Assembly (NCBI GenBank): GCA_030704615.1
Contig: CM060731.1
Location: forward strand, 36,890,001 to 36,954,000
Direction of reading: 5' to 3'
Origin: Takakia lepidozioides
Lineage: Eukaryota > Plantae > Bryophyta
DNA length: 64,000 bases
Below the pieces are notes generated by a model. That model searched no databases, had not been told where the DNA came from, and worked only from the letters and a program-made list of their open reading frames with translations. The position numbers and the translations under genes are program-made. Shown here piece by piece: positions 62,062 through 64,000 of this stretch (its first letter is position 1; the number at the start of each line of letters is the position of its first letter).

Positions 62062-64000
62062 CAACCACGGGACGCGTCCTCTACCTCTAAGCCCACTGGA
62101 CTTAAGGTTGCAGTTACGGAGGACAATTGGGAGCCTGACATTGGACCCATTGTCACCGGAGGAGAGAGACGACGTATACGGCGGTTCCTGAGGGCTTACA
62201 GGAATTGCTTTGCCTTCAGTTTGAAGGACTTGGGAGCACTGAAGGGTCAAGAGATCCGTATTGAGTTGGCCACTGACACGCCAATCTTTCGGAGACCCTA
62301 TAGATACAGTGACATGGAGAGGTCTTTGATTCAGATGAGGACTCAAGATCTCTGGGAGGCAGGTTTGGTGGAGCTCTCTGGTGGAGAGTATGCTTCAGCC
62401 ACAGTGATGCCAGCTAAGAAGGATGTCTATGGCAATTGGACGGAGAGACGTATGTGCGGTGATTACCGGCCTGTAAATCGTCAGACCAAGTCCGATAGGT
62501 ATGCCATGCCAACACCAGAGGAGATCTTTGATGCCATTGGGCATTCCAAGGTCTTTAGCACGTTGGATTTACGATCCGGATATCACCAGTTGCCGATCAA
62601 GGAGGCGGATAAGCAAAAGACGGCATTCTGGGGGATCAATGAGCACGGGAAGGATTGCCTATACCAGTGGCGGTTCTTACCATTTGGGCTTAAAAACGCT
62701 CCCGCTGAGTTTCAAAGAGTCATGGACAGGATTCTAGCAGGGGTGGAGTTTGCTCGGTGCTACATAGATGACATCATCATCTTTAGTGCTACGGTGGAGG
62801 AGCATGAGAGACACCTTCAGGGGGTATTTGAGCGCTTGAGGACGCACGGATTGAAGTTACATCCGGGCAAGTGCAAGTTTTTCCACAACCAGATTGAGTA
62901 TCTGGGTCACATGATATATCCTGGAGGATTGGGGGTACAGCAGACTAAGGTAGAGTCCATTGCACAGGTTCCACGCCCCACGGATGTGAGCCGAGTTCGA
63001 GCTTTCATGGGGTTAGCAAACTATTACAGACGGTTTGTTAAGGGATTTAGTGCCATTGCAAAGGCTCTAACCAAGCTGACCAAGGTGGACCAGGAGTGGC
63101 AGTGGGAAGATGAGCAAGAACAAGCTTTTCAAGAGCTCAAGGCGAGGTTGACCTCGGCGCCCATCTTGAGACGACCTATCAGGGGGCGTCCTTTTCAGCT
63201 GCATACAGATTGGAGCATGCTGGGGCTTGGAGCGGTGCTCACACAGGTGGATGATGAGGGAAGAGAGTTCGTAGTGGCTTATGCTAGCCGCTCGAACAAT
63301 GCTGCAGAGTCTAAGTATAGCTCATATGAGGGAGAATGCTTAGCTGCAGTGTGGGCCGTGGCACACTTCAGGTGCTATCTATACGGCAATCTCTTCACCC
63401 TTGTCACGGATCACCAACCACTCAAGTGGTTGATGGAGTCAGACAAGCTTACGGGGAAGCTTGCACGGTGGGCACTCATCCTTCAAGAGTATGACTTTCA
63501 GGTGGTGCATCGACCGGGTTTGGTCAATCGAAATGCAGATGGGTTGAGTCGCAATCCATGCACGAGCCAGCAGGATGACACTGGAGCTCGGTGGCATGGT
63601 GAGACGGACGAGGAGATGGTGCCCGGATGGCATGCATCTGCATTTCTGTGTATCTTGGCAGCGGAAGGCCAGGTTGGACCTACAACAGGGATGACTGTAG
63701 ATCAAGTGTCTGAGGACCCTGAGGCCAGCAATGAGCAGGGTGGCGCCAAAGATATACATGAGGATTCAGTTGTGTTGGACTACCTCCGCAGTGGAGACAC
63801 GGCAGCCACTATGACTGCCAAGGAGAGGGATCGGATCCTACAACGAGCCAAGAGGTTCAGGTGGGAGGGGACACACCTGCTCCGAGTGTGGGAGGATGGT
63901 CGAGTGAGGATTGTGCCTCACCCAACACAGCGGGCACGGTTAGTGCGGCATGCCCATGAGGAGTTGGGGCATTTTGGGGTGCGACGCACTCATAGTCTAC
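62062..64000 (+). CDS. Reverse transcriptase-RNase H-integrase N-terminus, open to the window end (absent from the ORF track)
   Basis: Manual translation in the frame of 60511: RMCGDYR, LDLRSGYHQ, LPFGLKNAP, YIDD (62761-62772), HTDWS, YEGEC, VTDH, NADGLSR, HEELGHFG; no stop codon. Confidence 0.93.

Larger units (their letters stand above)
58150..64000 (+). mobile_element. Ty3/Gypsy retrotransposon: gag (2 Zn knuckles)-protease-C5 DNA methyltransferase-RT-RNase H-integrase start; runs off the window
   Basis: Knuckles CWTCGGPHVKRDC and CGHCGKYGHGDAQC; protease VLLDSGAQ...VLVG; PR-RT-RH-INT order. Confidence 0.93.

Overview
Eukaryotic, TE-rich window from a land plant. The host is probably non-seed (bryophyte or lycophyte-like); this is inferred from TPD1, CDKF and CML21-type genes alongside Tcn1-like chromoviruses. 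Host genes are: a TPD1-like secreted-peptide locus with one signal exon and three alternative mature-domain exons (4.2-7.1 kb); a CDKF-type kinase with a ~800-aa activation-segment insertion (33.2-37.5 kb); and a convergent CML21/22-like EF-hand gene (38.3-40.8 kb). The 16.6-29.0 kb region is a scrambled nest of chromovirus copies inside a hAT transposase remnant, and its rearrangement can be reconstructed from the TSD and junctions. The 42-64 kb region holds three nested TEs. The first is a Gypsy with a degenerate dUTPase between protease and RT. The second is a Mutator-like transposase with GCM-like and SWIM zinc fingers. The third, and the main highlight, is a Ty3/Gypsy element whose pol carries a complete, non-permuted DNMT3-like C5 cytosine methyltransferase between protease and RT, in frame with RT-RNaseH-integrase except for one TAG. 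All calls are by eye from motifs; no searches were run.
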